Assembly: GCA_965644295.1 (NCBI GenBank)
Contig: CBFFRP010000134.1
Location: 124,001-188,000 of the forward strand
Direction: 5' to 3'
Source: Paraphysomonas bandaiensis
Lineage: Eukaryota > Protista > Chrysophyceae
Length of the DNA: 64,000 nucleotides
Of the stretch, positions 9,783 to 22,452 are shown piece by piece. The notes below the pieces were generated by a model. The model had not been told where the DNA came from. It was given only the letters and a program-made list of their open reading frames with translations, and did no database searches. How positions within the stretch are numbered: position 1 is the stretch's first letter; the number at the start of each line of letters is the position of its first letter. A program made the translations under genes and the position numbers.

Positions 9783-12584
9783 ATGAATCAGGAGATCATA
9801 GAGGAATATTTGGAGGAAGAATCCTTCAGAGAAGAGTTTCAGTGGGAGCAGAAGAGTGATGAGAGAGATGCGATTCCGGAAACTGCTGCTGATGTATCTG
9901 TTTCCGAAGGTAAAAAATAATTGATATATATGGTTGTTGTTATGTATATGTTTTAGAGCAATCAGTGTCTGGGAATAAAAGGAAGCGTGGCCCGCAGATT
10001 GCTACGATAAAGAAAATATTCAACCCAACAGGAACGCCGGGATGGTTGACCATCTTTGTTGGTGTGCCGATTTTGGAGCGAGCTATCAATATTTACGATG
10101 CGAGTGAGAAAAAGAAAGATATGGCTGATTGTTTGACGAATGTAAATGTGATTGGATATCCTCGTGGAGTGAAGGTGAAATTAATAATAGTCAAATATAT
10201 TACTCATTGTCACATACATACTATAGTTCAAGAAGAACAATCTTGATTATGACTCCAATACTTTTAAATTGTTATGTGAAAGGAGTGGTAACTACAAATC
10301 CAAAGAAACTGAGCTGCATGTACCTGTGAAAAGAACTACAACAAAACTTACAGGCTGTCAAGTATCCCTGACTTGTGTGAATGTCCTGAAGACGATCCAC
10401 TACGAGGACGATAATCATAACTCAGGGGTGTATATTATTGCCTTTCCGGAGTGTGACCATAACCATGATCTCACCTCGTCCCCTCAAGTAGAACTTGCCA
10501 CATATAGTCATCATGACGTGGAATCGTTTTGGGATCATGCTATAAAACTATTTAGAACAAACCAGTATAATCGGAGAGAGCTTATGGAATCTTTAATGGC
10601 TATGTCATCAACAAATAGTTCAATTATAGCACTAAACGAAATCACGGAGCATTCACTTTATATACGAATAATTCGTTTGACTGGATATGATCGTGTGATG
10701 TCTGAGGACACACAAGCCTTCATTCGTGAAATTAGAAGTGATCCGAAGAATTACTTCAAATGCGAGACTAGCGAGGGAAATGGGAACGGATATGTGACTA
10801 CTGCTGTGTTTGCATATTCTTGGGAAATTTCGATGGCGAGAGGTTGGCATGATGTTCATGGTTATGACGACAGCCATGATGTAACTAAATACGGTTATAA
10901 GGTGGGAACGTTTACTGGAGTAGATGCACATGATAAGACTTTCATGTTAGGCCACGTTCTGCAACTCTATTCGACGGTGCGCAGCTTTAAATTTGTGTGG
11001 ACGTGCTATTATGAGATATGCGGCAACCGGTTTGCTAAGATATTAATGACAGACCAGGATCCCCACATGGCCCAAGGTTTTAGAGAATGTTGCCGGGCAC
11101 TGAAGAGCGACAAAAATGCGTGCGATGCTGGTTCGTCTGGTTCTGTGGATAGTAGTCACCCCTCTCTACCTTCCAATGTTGAAATCCTCATACAAGAATT
11201 TATTGCACAGCCGAGTATTCTAACTATTAAGGAGCTCAAACAAATCTTAGTAGCTTATGGGGTCCAAGTTTCTGGGGCCAAAGATGTGTTGATTGACCGT
11301 GTGAACCATGCGATACAAGGATATACGCTTCCAGCGTATGAAGATTTTGAGACCAGTACTTCTATTAATGGTCAAACTACCAGACACCTATTTTGTGAAT
11401 GGCATGTAATTGACCGGAATGGTCCTAAGCACTTACGCCGTCATTTGAAAAGCGAAGATGTAGATGAAGTTATCAATATGCTCTGGCGCTTTTGCAAAAT
11501 TGATTGTATTCGTTCAGTTGGAGACAGAGCTGATCAACAGTGGACAGTAATTGTGGGGAAAATAAATGACGCAATCAACAGCAACATAATGAACCGAATT
11601 ACTATTACTAATACGAGGAAAGATGCAAACATGAATTTATGTAGATGTAATGTGTGTACCAAAAATTACCAGGTGTACTGTGCCTCTGTGTCTGCTGTTG
11701 TCTGCACTGATGTTCCTCTCCCTGCTACTACTACTTCTCTACGTGACCCTCACCCTGTCTCCGCTGATCCATTGCACTGCCGAATCCCTTGGGTGAACAC
11801 ATTACGCTCCATATGGCCGAGATTTGTACATAGATATATACTGATAGAGGAGTTACCAACAGTTGGTTGGCATTCATCCCAACGAAATGAAAGCATCAAT
11901 TCAATATTGGCAACTAGAACTACACATGCGACGACATTGGTCGATTTGGGAAATGAATTACTGAAACTCAGTAACCACCAGAAAAAATTGCACATGCAAA
12001 ATGAGAAAAGCGCGTTGAATAAACTCACCACCCATCTAGTATTGCTACCAGATGTCATGCGTTTGGAGAGTCAATTGTATAGGCCAGTCTATCTACGAAT
12101 TGAGAGACAAGCTCTATTATCACAAAAGTAAGTGCGTAATTATAATTACCTAGCTTTTTACAAATTTCTCTGACCCTAACTCATCAGGTATGACGTGGCC
12201 GTGATAGAATCAGGAGATGAATTCGAAGTAACTCTGGATCCATTTCACAGAAAAACCACTGACGATCTGTGGACATCAATGCCAAGGCGAGTTAGAACAC
12301 AGTGCATGTCCAATGGAAAGTACAAGATATCCTGCACCTGCGGCTACAGTGGACGGTGGCTTGTACCTTGTCGTCATTGGTTGGCTGTTGTATACGCGCG
12401 ATCAGAAATGAGACACATGCGGTCATACATTTCGTCTTTGGTTGGTGACAAGTGGAAAAATGTATTGGAGAGTGAAAATAGCGTGTCTGTCCACCACAAC
12501 AACAGCCCAGAGGTAGGTGAAGTTTGCTGTAATGCCCCTGTTAGAAATAAGGACAAGAGTCGAAAGGCGAGACAAGGCTATTAG
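9783..12584 (+). CDS. MULE/FAR1-type DDE transposase with inserted SAP domain and C-terminal SWIM zinc finger
   Basis: FAR1-like C.RSG..KLTGC..HNH region. Catalytic motifs GYDDSH, MTDQD, FCEWH and SQRNES. SWIM motif CTC...PCRH. Introns at about 9910-9956, 10175-10225 and 12128-12187. The C-terminal end is uncertain. Confidence 0.9.
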
Positions 12585-13630
12585 GGCTAGCTATACATAT
12601 CGTACTACTGTATATATATGTATCATTAACGTAAATTGTAGCATTATTATATTGTTGGAAAATGTTGGAAAATATGTAAATAGATTGATTTTGGTTATTT
12701 TACTACTTATTTTATTATGCAATGCATATATGATGTTGTTGGAGTATAATAACTCGTACTGAAGTTGACTTTTTGTTCTAGACGTAAACCTTAAACTTGC
12801 TTAGTTGCACACATAACGTATTTTCAAGAAATAATTATAATTATTTATATGAACACTTCACATCATATTCATGTAGCATCTGGAAAACATCTGTTACCAT
12901 TAATATCTATCTGTTTATCATAATATGTTCACTGTCAATAACCTAAATCTTATATAGTCACACATCAGTACCTGAATTTACTTTCTTTATAACTATATAT
13001 ACCCGCTATATTAAAGTAAACTATGGGTAGATTTTACCTGTAGTGCATACTATTAACTCACTTTAATTGCACAATAGGTATCACATCATACTGCAGAACC
13101 CAACACATGTGTATCTCTTGTGCGTGGCCAGCAACCAAGCCCTAACTATATATATATTATATATTACCCACACAATAATTGTGTGACCCACACATGATTA
13201 CTATACCACATATTCTACGTGAGATGGGGGTGTAAACCTGTGTATGTTTTGTGCAAATTTAAAGCACTAGGAACACAACTTATGTAGATACGGTGACTAG
13301 GTTGATGAATGAGGTGATTCATGCAGACATAGGAACAAATGGAGATACACAGCCACACAGACAGGGGGCATAGGGGGGCCATTGGAGCAAATGTTACAAT
13401 TTTTATATTGTAGAACTATAATGAATGTGTTTTAAGTGAGACATTTATCAACTATCGAAAGGCATGACATACATATTGCTAAGTAAAGAGATATATAGTG
13501 TAATGGAATTTAGATTGGGACCTCTTATGTTTATTGAGTAAATGATGCTTCGTATTACGAGTCACTTTTATTTCAGATAAGGTGATTCACTGAACTCTCA
13601 ATTACATAGAATAGTGATCAGCATTTTCCA

Positions 13631-14096
13631 TTATGCTCTCTCGGAGGTATCTCGCCTGAAGAAGCGTGCATTCTCGCCTTTCCCGTTGCGAGGCTTACAG
13701 CTACACGAGAAAAAAATGCCTACTCTGCTACTATAGGGCGTTGCGTAGACTTTATTTTTACAGTGTGTGCATATGACGAATTTATTTAGGGGGTCCTCCT
13801 TGGATGGCTCGGATGAGGAGGATGAGCTTTCGCTCTCCACCGCGTCTCTTTTCCTTTTCTTATCAGTGGATTCTTCTTTGAAACATGCATATATAGTTAG
13901 ATTTAAATCGTAGTATAGGAAACTTACTAATGGAAGAATCTCCCCTTTCCTCTGACTCTTCCTTGAGGGGTTCTTCCTCCAAAGATTCCCCTGTTATGAG
14001 AGAAATCACAACTCTCGCATTTCCCCTTTCCTGAAACTCCTCTCTGAAGGATTCTTCCTCCGAAAACTCATAGATGTGTGGTTCCTGTTGATTCAT
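13631..14096 (-). CDS. MULE accessory gene (~135 aa): acidic N-terminus, KKRKR NLS, Cys-rich GRF-like zinc finger
   Basis: ATG at 14096 starts MNQQEPHIYEFSEEESFREEFQ. A GTAAGT...AG intron at about 13927-13877 joins it in frame to KESTDKKRKRD...CTHCKNK...FFSCSC...RFFRRD. Confidence 0.7.
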
Positions 14097-15820
14097 TTTA
14101 TAACAAACAATAATAATGAGTACCAAACCTTATTTGATAAGAACAATTCGTAGTGTATATGGACTGATAGAAGATAACACTTGAATTGGACTGAGTGTAT
14201 ATGTGCCTTGTGCCTTGTATTGATATCCTACGACAAAGTGTGTGTATGTATATATATCTATATGTATGTATGTCGTGTTAGTGTAGTGTATGGAGTATAC
14301 ATATGTGTACTCTGCTGTATATATGGTAGAGTGTGAGACAGTGTGAAATCAAGTAATCGAAATGTTGGAGTAGGAAGATTCATTTTTTTACGTATTTCAC
14401 GGTATTACTGGTATTACGTTTCCAGGTCAGATTCCATTCCCTGGTTTCCTGTACGCCACCCGGCTTAGGAGTGAGTTGGTATAGTACTCCAGTAGACTAC
14501 AGCGGAATACCATACCTTCTAAACACTGGCCAATGATAAGGTCGAAATAGATATTGATAGGCTGATATGTAGTACAGTGCAGCTTTTCATAGTTAACGAG
14601 CAGCAGAGAGTGCTGAGACATACACGCACATGAAACAGAGACAGAGACAGAGTTCATCGGCGTGGTGGCGCTAATATGTAGATGTAGAGGGGAGTACAAC
14701 ATGATAAATGGTGAAGTGCTTATGACTGAAACAGTAGACCAACGAGTGTAGCGAGACAGTTGTGCCGGAAAGTAGCTATTCATTGTTAAAGATCATAGAG
14801 TGCTAGAGAAATATGAAGCCGAGCCAGGAGTCATATATCTGATGAAGAAGGGGTCATCAATGGAGACTCAAGCAGTAGGAAGCTTTCAACACTGGCAAGG
14901 CATCGTCTCAGAATATTGTCTCAGGCGGAATGCTGCGGACAATCAGTAACTGAATTCAATTCCTTTGTAGCTATAATCACCCGTTACACCTATGAGTTGA
15001 CTTTATCTATTGCACACTATTAACTCACTTCAATTGCACAATATATATCACATCATATTGCAGAACTCAACAAGCAGATACTTTTCTGCCACTCACTTGT
15101 GTGGTACAAAGCGTTAAATAGTAGGATATCAAAGGGAAGCACTAACTCTTAAATGCCTATTGCTAAAATTAAGACATTCACAACTTAAGAAATATCAAAT
15201 TAAACCTTTTTACTTAAGAATGTAGATTGATTATTGATACAAGGGCAATTTTTATCTTCCGCTAATTCCACCTACTACATTTATGAGCCACGTCCGACTT
15301 TTTTAATTTACCAAACGGATTTCAGACTTGTCCCCGAAGACGAAGTTGCGCGTATAAAACCTGGTAGTGGAGTGGATTGTGGCGTATGAGCAGCGGCATG
15401 GCAGGCTGGTAGAGCGGGCGATAGTCTATCATACCATGAACCATGAATGTATGATATATATATACTATACACGCACTATTTGTGGAATATATAATATATA
15501 TAGCAAAAGCATTCTACAATGTTGTTTTACTTGAAGTAATATTTTCTGATATTAGACTACTACTTATACAAAAAGTTTGAATTAGATGGAATCAATTCAG
15601 CACAAACCAGCAAACCAGTACGGGTACGGGTCACCACAGGCATCATTCCCAAGTTGCCCAACAATACTAGTAGATAAGCAATGCAATCTACACAATAGAA
15701 AGACCAATAAGTTTATCCTGATCTCATGTTAGTGTTACAAGAGTATAAGATATGTCAAATTCCACAACACCAAAGACGACTATTGCAAATACCCTACATC
15801 GGTGGTAACATGCGACATAT

Positions 15821-16735
15821 CTACACACTGCCTTTCAACTTCTTCGCTGGAGACCCAGGAAGAGGAGTGAGCTCATCACCGGTCTTTCCATTACCAAACT
15901 CCTCCACTCCCCTATTACAGAGACGGAATATACATCATCATTATGGTGAAACGTGTGCTAATCAGAATACTTACCGTCTAAGCTGGGTAATGGCAGTGGC
16001 AGGGTCCTCCGCCTTGAATACGGAGCTGCCAGCAACGATCATATTCGCTCCTGCAGAGGCAGCCTGCTCAATAGTAGATGGGGAAAGACCACCGTCCACT
16101 TCGATGTTCAACAACGGATATCGGTCCCGCAAGAATGCGACCTTGGGCATCATATCGCTCATGAAGGACTGGCCTCCGAATCCTGGCTCCACAGTCATCA
16201 CTAAAACCTGATCTAGGTGCTCCATATAGGGGAGAACTGCATCCACAGGAGTTTGTGGCTTAATCGCAAGGCCAACTTTCATACCCTTGCTCTTGACTGC
16301 TGATATTACAGCTCCCACATCCACTCCATTCTCTTTCACCTCCACATGAAATGTAAAATTATTAGTCCCTGCATCAGCCATATCATCCACCCATTTCTCT
16401 GGATTACTAACCATAAGATGAACATCAAAGACACCATCATTGTGTTTGCGGAGACACTTTATCACTGGGGCACCAAATGTCAAACTGCATAACAGTGTCA
16501 ATAGATATAGAATGAGATGCTTGTATAGTTACTTTGGCACAAAATGTCCATCCATTACATCAATATGAAGGAAATCTGCTCCACCATCAAGTACACGTGA
16601 ACTCTCAGATGCTAATGATGATAAATCACATGCTAGAAGTGATGGACCAATCAAAGCTGGACAATTATGTACCCTATCAATAGATTGGATGATATATAAT
16701 GCAGTCAGATGTCAGGTTAAGTATACGTACCTCAT
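15821..16735 (-). CDS. RPE: Ribulose-phosphate 3-epimerase
   Basis: Motifs [45 protein letters not shown] and AGSSVF. Three introns. Confidence 0.97.
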
Positions 16736-17231
16736 GACTATTGGTCGAAGTATTCGAATAAGATGTACTTTACACACTTTGATTGGTGTATATGAATGAA
16801 GTGTTTATTACACTATGGGACTTCTATTACCTTACTTCACCTTCTACACAGCAGTGTGATGTTGTAGTAAGATCGGAGATTTCAGTGTCTAGTTTCCTTT
16901 TTTATAAAAAAGCCGTATTTTAGTATTTCTATGTATAGTATTTCAGGTTTATTTTGATCTACAGTATGATTGTACAGAATTCTCAACAACAGGGATATAC
17001 ACATACAACTTACTTCGTACTTCGTACATACACCATGAGTACGGTATATACAACTCTATACATAAAACCAATTCCCTCCAAATGAAAACTGAAAATGACC
17101 TTGTAAGATTCCATAATGTTATAGTTGTGTGGTGTGATTTTTGCCTCTATAAACACTCACAGGAAGAGTATGTGTATGTGTTGATCAATAGGAGCATAGT
17201 GTCAAATTGGTGTTGTTAATTATTGGAAAGT

Positions 17232-18056
17232 ATGGCTGGTGTTGTTCCCGAATCATTTAAAAAGAAGCAGGCTCGTGATGCCGAATTGGCTGCTGCAGCC
17301 AATAAGGCCGCTCAGGATGCTGAGAAGGTTAAAATAAACTGATAATAATAGTTTTATTTTACATATATGATCATCAGGCTATGGCTCAGTTCAATAAGGA
17401 CATCTACGCCAAAGCTGAGGCTTATGCAACTGAGTATGAGCAGGTAGAGTGTTTTAGTGTTACATATCAGAGTTATGACATGTTTTGTGCAGCTTGAGAA
17501 GACTGCTATTGATAACCGCCGCCAGGCTAAAGCCAGTGGTCAGCTCTACGTCCCTGATGAAGCCAAGGTTGTCTTTGTTGTCCGTATCCGTGGTACCATT
17601 GGTGTTTCTCCTAAGGTGAAGAAGATCTTGCGCCTTTTCAGATTGCGCCAGATTAACAATGCCACCTTTGTGCGTGTCAACGCTGCCACCACTAAGATGC
17701 TTCGTCTCATTGAGCCCTTCATTGCCTATGGCAACCCCAACCTAAAGTCTGTGAGAGAGCTCATCTACAAGCGTGGATATGGCAAGGTTAGCGGACAGCG
17801 CGTTCCTCTTAGCTCCAACACTGTCGTCAGTGCCGCCCTTGGTGAATATGGCATCGTCTGCGTTGAGGATCTTATCCATGAGATTTTCACTGTTGGTCCC
17901 CACTTCAAGGAGGCCGCCAACTTCCTCTGGCCCTTCAAGCTTAACACCCCCCGTAAAGGATACCCCGGCAGAAAGAAGTTGATCCACTTCAACGAGAATG
18001 GCGCCTGTGGAATGCAGGGAGATAAGATCAACCACCTCATCAAGAAAATGATTTAG
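17232..18056 (+). CDS. RPL7: 60S ribosomal protein L7 (uL30)
   Basis: Motifs VPES, FVVRIRG, LRLFRLRQINN, LIYKRGYGK, EDLIHEI and NFLWPFKL. Two introns. Confidence 0.97.
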
Positions 18057-19119
18057 ATACCACCTCCATGAGTATATAAGTCAGTAATAAACAGCACCGC
18101 CTAGTAATATTTCGTTATTGTGTTTGAGTGTGGGTAATGTAGTCTAGATACTAACTACTTGCTACGTTGTTGATATGCCATCCAATTAAACGGACTGCAT
18201 TGCTACTTCTACGACCACACTGTCTTTGAGATTTTAGATACAAGTCACCAATCACGATATTGTCTCAATTATTAGTGACAATGAACTCAATATGAAACAC
18301 TACTCTTAAGTGCCGCAATCAACAGAGATGTGGCATGGAAGCGAAATCTCAAAGAATCTTTAGTATTTTGAGTATCTTTCATCTGAAAAATCAGTTAGCT
18401 CTAGTATCAATTTAACGGTAATGATGTAAACCAATAATTCATTCATGGATACTAAAAAAGCATTGCAATAACACAGCATTATTACAACGTTTCGAGTTTT
18501 CTTTTTTGTCACTCAGATTGTCTGTGCTACTACATGTATAATTTGTTTAGTTTTGCTGTTTGAGCAATTAAAAGCTGCAATTCTAAAGATATTGGAATTA
18601 TGACCGATAGCCGAAGAATACAGTAGTGGCTAACAGTATTATGAGAACTAGCAACATGATAGCTACTGTTGAAATATTGATCATACGATGTCAGATCGTA
18701 CGAGAAATGATAGGTCGTAGAGAAAACATGAAATTGATGAATGAGAAGAGATATTGATTATAATACTTATAACAAGGTTAATGAGTGAATATACTTAACT
18801 TATAGTAAATCGTCCAATTGTGTCATAACTTGACATAATTTAATTTGTTGAAGCAAAGTTAAGTCGTCAGACTAGGCCCATTATCATTACATTCGCAATT
18901 ATGCTATATTACATAAGGCATCAGTATAAAGTGTTCCGGTGCGACCATTCACGTTAACGTAGTTTTAAAACATACGGAGGCCAGTTTAACAAAATCAATA
19001 TGATATTAACAGTGGTTAGAACTTGATGAAAAGTAGTACTCATTCCTACATTTCACACATGCAATCACATAAGTTGCTACCTGAACCTAACAGAGAATCA
19101 ACAATAATCTAAATGAAAT

Positions 19120-21741
19120 CTATTTCCTTATTCCCTGAGGTGGGGTGTCATAGCCTTGCTTTATGATTCGGAATAGAGATTGCATATTATTGGCCTTGAC
19201 AGCAACCCTACAATCTGTGATTACTCTTGTCTTAGCAGCCCCAATTCTGAGATTAGCAGCTTTCTGAATCATCTGGTTGACCTCCTTGAGTGCCGCCAGA
19301 AGCCCTTCATGACTGGACGCGCGGTTATTGTACCCACCTATCAACTGGTTGTTAAGGCCGTATAAGTCGGTATAAGCGCGACACATGGTCTCCATGTCGT
19401 TCATCAATCTAGCGTCTTCAGCACGTACTATCAATGCCTGTACAGATAAAGCGGTGTCAGTCATTAACGTGTACGTGGTCCACACAGTGGGGCTCTCACC
19501 TTAACGCGTTGCGAGTCATCTGCCATATCTGCTGCCATTCGAATTCTCAGAGCATTGAACTCTGCCACTCTTCGAAGTACCTGCAAAAACAAGTAACAAT
19601 CGCATCAGAGACATAACAGTACTAGATTTGTCACTTACATCCTCAAGCTGCTCCATCTCCTGTGGAAACTCAACAAAAGAATCAAGCTCAGAAATCTTGA
19701 AGAATTTGGCTATGTCCTGCACTACATCCGCGGCGAGCTCCATATTATCGCATCTAACCTGTACACCGATACCACCCTCTTCCTTTGTTGCTAACAGGAA
19801 TAGTGGAATGCCTTCTGTGGCAGTTTGGGAGCTCTCAGCTTGACCCAAAGCGGGACTCACGGATATGAAGTGCATACGCAACTTATCTTGCGCAATCTGC
19901 AACACCACATCACATATCGTCAAATAACATAATAACGTAATTGCGTACCTTCGGACTCGAAAAGAGAATAAATGAGGACTGCATCCACGACACGAAACGA
20001 GACAAGTCTTCATTGATTCGGAAGTCGACGTGAGAAACGGGGGCCGTCACTTGATTTGCCTCCGTTAGCTGCGCGAAAGATGCAAACTTTGGAACAGAAA
20101 TCATTTCCTCAAAGACATGCATATTATTGTTAAACCCTCGTACAGCAACGTGCGTCTATTAGACGTAACGATGGTTAGCGTGAAGCAGGAATAAGATCAA
20201 AAAGTACCTGAATGCGGAGACAACAGGGAGCATTGCGGAGCGGTCGAATCAACACAGATGATTGTCGAGTCGGAAGAGAGGGAGTCACGGTCAGTATTTC
20301 GCTACCCGAGAGAATAACGCTCTCTAAAATTTCAGTGTGGGACAGAGTATGCATCACCGCAAAAACATACCTAGGTCAATCACAATAACACTGGCCACTT
20401 GGACATCAGTGGAGGCCTCCACGGTAAGCAAAACTCCCTTGCGCAGCGGATCTGCCACTAAAGAGTACGATAAATTCGTGTCCGGAGGTAAACTCCCTGG
20501 AGAAGCCGAATCTCCTGTCTTAATGTTCTTGATGTTTTTTTCTATTGCCCGCAGCTCGTTGGACAGCTCCACCTTACGCTTCTGCATTTCGTCTAGCACC
20601 TTCTGGTCCCCTGTTGGCTCTGCAGAAGCATTTCCCTCGGATACATTAGACGGAAGAAGTTCGAAGTCCGCAGGGAGAAATCCACTTATTTCACCACTGG
20701 TGGTACACACAATTAGTTCTTGTTTACCATCAAGCCGGTAATCACCGCAGAGCAGGGATGCGATAGGGGATGAAAATGTGGATTTGTAAAGGGTCTCTCC
20801 ATTCTCTACATTGCGCACATTTAATTGACCACTGCTCCACCCTGATATAATCTCCGGAACACCGTCGGAGTTCAGATCATACGCAGCTAGGGCTGTCACT
20901 TTATTTTTAGTTTTCACGCGCCACAAACGGTTTCGCGGCCCTGTGTACACACCTACTGTACCGTTTGCTAGCCCGTACCCAAAGAGGGATTTGTCCACTG
21001 GGTGCAAGAAGTCTACCTTGTCCGCTTCAGTCTGTTCGCACATCAATTCCTCATTCTGAAAAAAACGAATTTCATAGTCTTCTGACCCAACCACTAGCTC
21101 ATTCAAACCGTCGTTGTTAACGTCGCACAGGGTCATAGCAGACACGTTATCTCCAGTTACCGTCCAGAAAGACTCTGCACCGACATCGGTAAAGCCCAAA
21201 ACAGAACAATTCCCACCAGCAAATGCCAGAGGACGCATATTAGATAATCGACCAACAGTCAGTGAATTCACACCGTCAGGGACCTCGCGGAAAAACACAT
21301 CTGAGTTTCGCTCTACATCGTAGGCAAGTAATGTACTCTGTGTACCAACAAACAAGAGATCTTTCCCAGGTTGATCAGATTCATCCCGAATATTACCTAC
21401 AAACAACATTATTCCACATAGATGAATAACATGACAGAAAACCTGAAGCGATTGCAGTTATTTTCTTATTAAAATTTAAAAATCTCGTATGGGGCATCTC
21501 TCCATTCCTCTGCTCAGTGTCATGAGGGGAATGAAGGAGAATCTTGCCTCCAGTAGTAGCCATAGCAAGAGATGGTTTTCCATCATCATCTATTGTATGA
21601 AGAGTTAATTAGTTCTATATGTATGTATGTATATATATGTGTGTGTGTATACACTGTACACTGATGCAACTCACATGTTCCAAATGTAACAAACTTCTGA
21701 TTGATTTGATGGCCGATACTAAACTTAAATGCAGGCAGCAT
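19120..21741 (-). CDS. BBS2: Bardet-Biedl syndrome 2 protein (BBSome subunit)
   Basis: N-terminus MLPAFKFSIGH. Motifs LLAYDVERNSDVFFRE, FWTVTGDNV, ELVVGSEDYEIR, RLWRVK and LKEVNQMIQKAANLRIG. Multi-exon. Confidence 0.96.
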
Positions 21742-21827
21742 TCTTATGGAACAATTTTATGGATGTATAACTACTCAGTTCATATGTTGCTTTCCCTCCT
21801 GCACCTTAAAGTGCATGTAAATAACAG

Positions 21828-22452
21828 ACATACCTACCTACAGTGTACCTACCTACCAGCATACATACGTACATACATACATACATACCTACCTACAGTG
21901 TACCTACCTACCAGCATACATATGTACATTCATACATACATACATACATACATACATACATACATACATACATACATACATACATACATACATACATACA
22001 TACATACATACATACATACATACATACATACATACATACATACATACATACATACATACATACATACATACATACATACATACATACATACATACATACA
22101 TACATACATACATACATACATACATACATACATACATACATACATACATACATACATACATACATACATACATACATACATACATACATACATACATACA
22201 TACATACATACATACATACATACATACATACATACATACATACATACATACATACATACATACATACATACATACATACATACATACATACATACATACA
22301 TACATACATACATACATACATACATACATACATACATACATACATACATACATACATACATACATACATACATACCTACCTACCTACATACATACATACA
22401 TACATACATACATACATACCTACCTACCTACCTACATACATACATACATTCA
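21828..22452. repeat. (TACA)n microsatellite with (TACC)n flanks
   Basis: Near-perfect TACA run from about 21932 to 22375. Confidence 0.98.

Larger units (their letters stand above)
9431..14461. mobile_element. Autonomous Mutator-like (MULE) DNA transposon, 5031 bp
   Basis: Perfect 181-bp TIRs at 9431-9611 and 14281-14461, starting GGGTGGCGTACAGG. The 8-bp TSD GGCTTAGG is at 9423-9430 and 14462-14469. It encodes a MULE transposase. Confidence 0.95.
8996..14945 (+). pseudogene. Decayed coding repeat of unknown class, interrupted by the MULE; homologous to 50600-51850
   Basis: Shared blocks GAGGGGAGT(A/T)CAACATG and AGCTATTCAT..TTAAA..CATAGA..GTGCTAGA.AAATA..ATGGAGACTCAAG.AGTAGGAAGCTTTCA.CACTGGCA occur at 14687-14900 and 51087-51780. 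Frames contain stops. Confidence 0.55.

Noticed and set aside
12840-13260. Possible third, micro-exon gene on the minus strand of the MULE spacer; ~30-nt likeness to 59525-59560
   Set aside because: I could not assemble a credible ORF from the splice-like signals, and the match is short enough to be chance.
18100-19050. Possible snoRNAs downstream of RPL7 (and near RPS16)
   Set aside because: No convincing C/D box pair with a terminal stem or rRNA complementarity was seen.
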